A stretch of DNA of 63,274 nt, counting the filler, from Lenisia limosa (Eukaryota > Protista > Breviatea), in assembly GCA_001655205.1 (NCBI GenBank). It is 10 parts of 10 records of this genome, joined end to end, with 100 filler letters (N's around TTAATTAATTAA, not from the genome) between each part and the next. Parts side by side here need not be neighbours in the genome. Positions count along the whole stretch, not along the records: positions 55,097 to 63,274 come from LPNZ01006805.1; 9 more parts are not named here. One strand, given 5' to 3'. Every line of letters begins with the position of its first letter. Position 1 is the first letter of the stretch. Under the pieces are notes generated by a model. It saw only the letters and a list, made by a program, of their open reading frames with translations, was not told the DNA's origin and ran no database searches. This document shows, piece after piece, positions 62,704 through 63,274 of this stretch. A program made the position numbers and the translations under genes.

Positions 62704-63274
62704 ATGATTAGTATGAAAGTCATAGCTGTTGTTCTCTTATGTCTTTTACTCATGTCTAATCATTTCTTTTTGTCCTTCGACCGGGCCAGGTTTTTGAACT
62801 ATACCCTGCTTAAAAAAATAATATTATATATATACGATAGAAATACGAGAAAAAAAAATAGTAAAAACAAACAAACACGCACTCCATGGATCCCTTGATA
62901 GAAACGTACAGTTTTTCTTCTCGAGGTGCTTTCTCACTCTATAAGATGAACATTCTGAAATTGAAAAAATAATGAAATCTGTCGAGGGTTTATTATCGAA
63001 GGTTAATCAGGATTTATCGGGACACAAGAGTTTACGAAGGAACCCCCCCACTATCAAAGCAGATCAAAACTGGTAATTAGTCATAGCCCCCCTCTCCTCT
63101 CAGTATACAGAGTATAAATCTTAGGGCTCCGTGTAATTATTATTTTTTCGAAATTGATTGACAAAATTTAAAATTAAAATTCTGAAATGGGGTTCCCATT
63201 ACAATATGTCCCACATTTTGAGATTAATTTTTCAATTAATTGCACGGAGCCCTAATAAATCTATAATACACGAC
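62704..63274 (+). CDS. Partial gene with an N-terminal signal peptide or anchor
   Basis: MKVIAVVLLCLLLMSNHFF followed by splice-like sites; truncated by the window end. Confidence 0.35.
63122..63254. mobile_element. MITE family 3 (TAGGGCTCCGTG...CACGGAGCCCTA); second copy at 10654-10755, remnant at about 56700
   Basis: Inverted termini seen in two copies 52 kb apart. Confidence 0.8.

Noticed and set aside
1-63274. tRNA, rRNA or autonomous transposase/RT genes
   Set aside because: None recognised on either strand by eye; tRNAscan, Infernal and HMM searches would be needed to exclude them.

Overview
Intron-rich eukaryotic draft-assembly window (GT-AG introns; lineage not determinable, gene content fits an amorphean or holozoan-type protist). 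It has many N gaps, nine of them artificial 100-nt linkers with TTAATTAATTAA at the centre. The ORF track is mostly uninformative, so genes were rebuilt by hand from splice sites and coordinates are approximate. About 15 multi-exon genes sit mostly in divergent pairs: a PAS plus eIF2-alpha-type kinase, an RBR E3 ligase, a large helical hypothetical protein with a duplicated 5' half, a DCL/DUF3223 gene facing away from an acidic-protein gene, WDR92, a 10-kb membrane-protein gene, an INCENP-N protein, GIGYF, SLC35F6-like, a small secreted protein, a Tweety/prominin-like protein, ABHD11, a HAD phosphatase and a partial gene. Introns carry at least five short repeat families: a Tc1/mariner-like MITE, two TAGGGCT-ended MITEs, a Helitron-like element and a G-run/C-run repeat polarised to splice sites. 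The best candidate for a new system is a ~4.6-kb island (17753-~22350) holding the DeCL-domain gene, a helically phased repeat array and the acidic partner gene. An introner-like repeat and repeated duplication of splice junctions are also notable.
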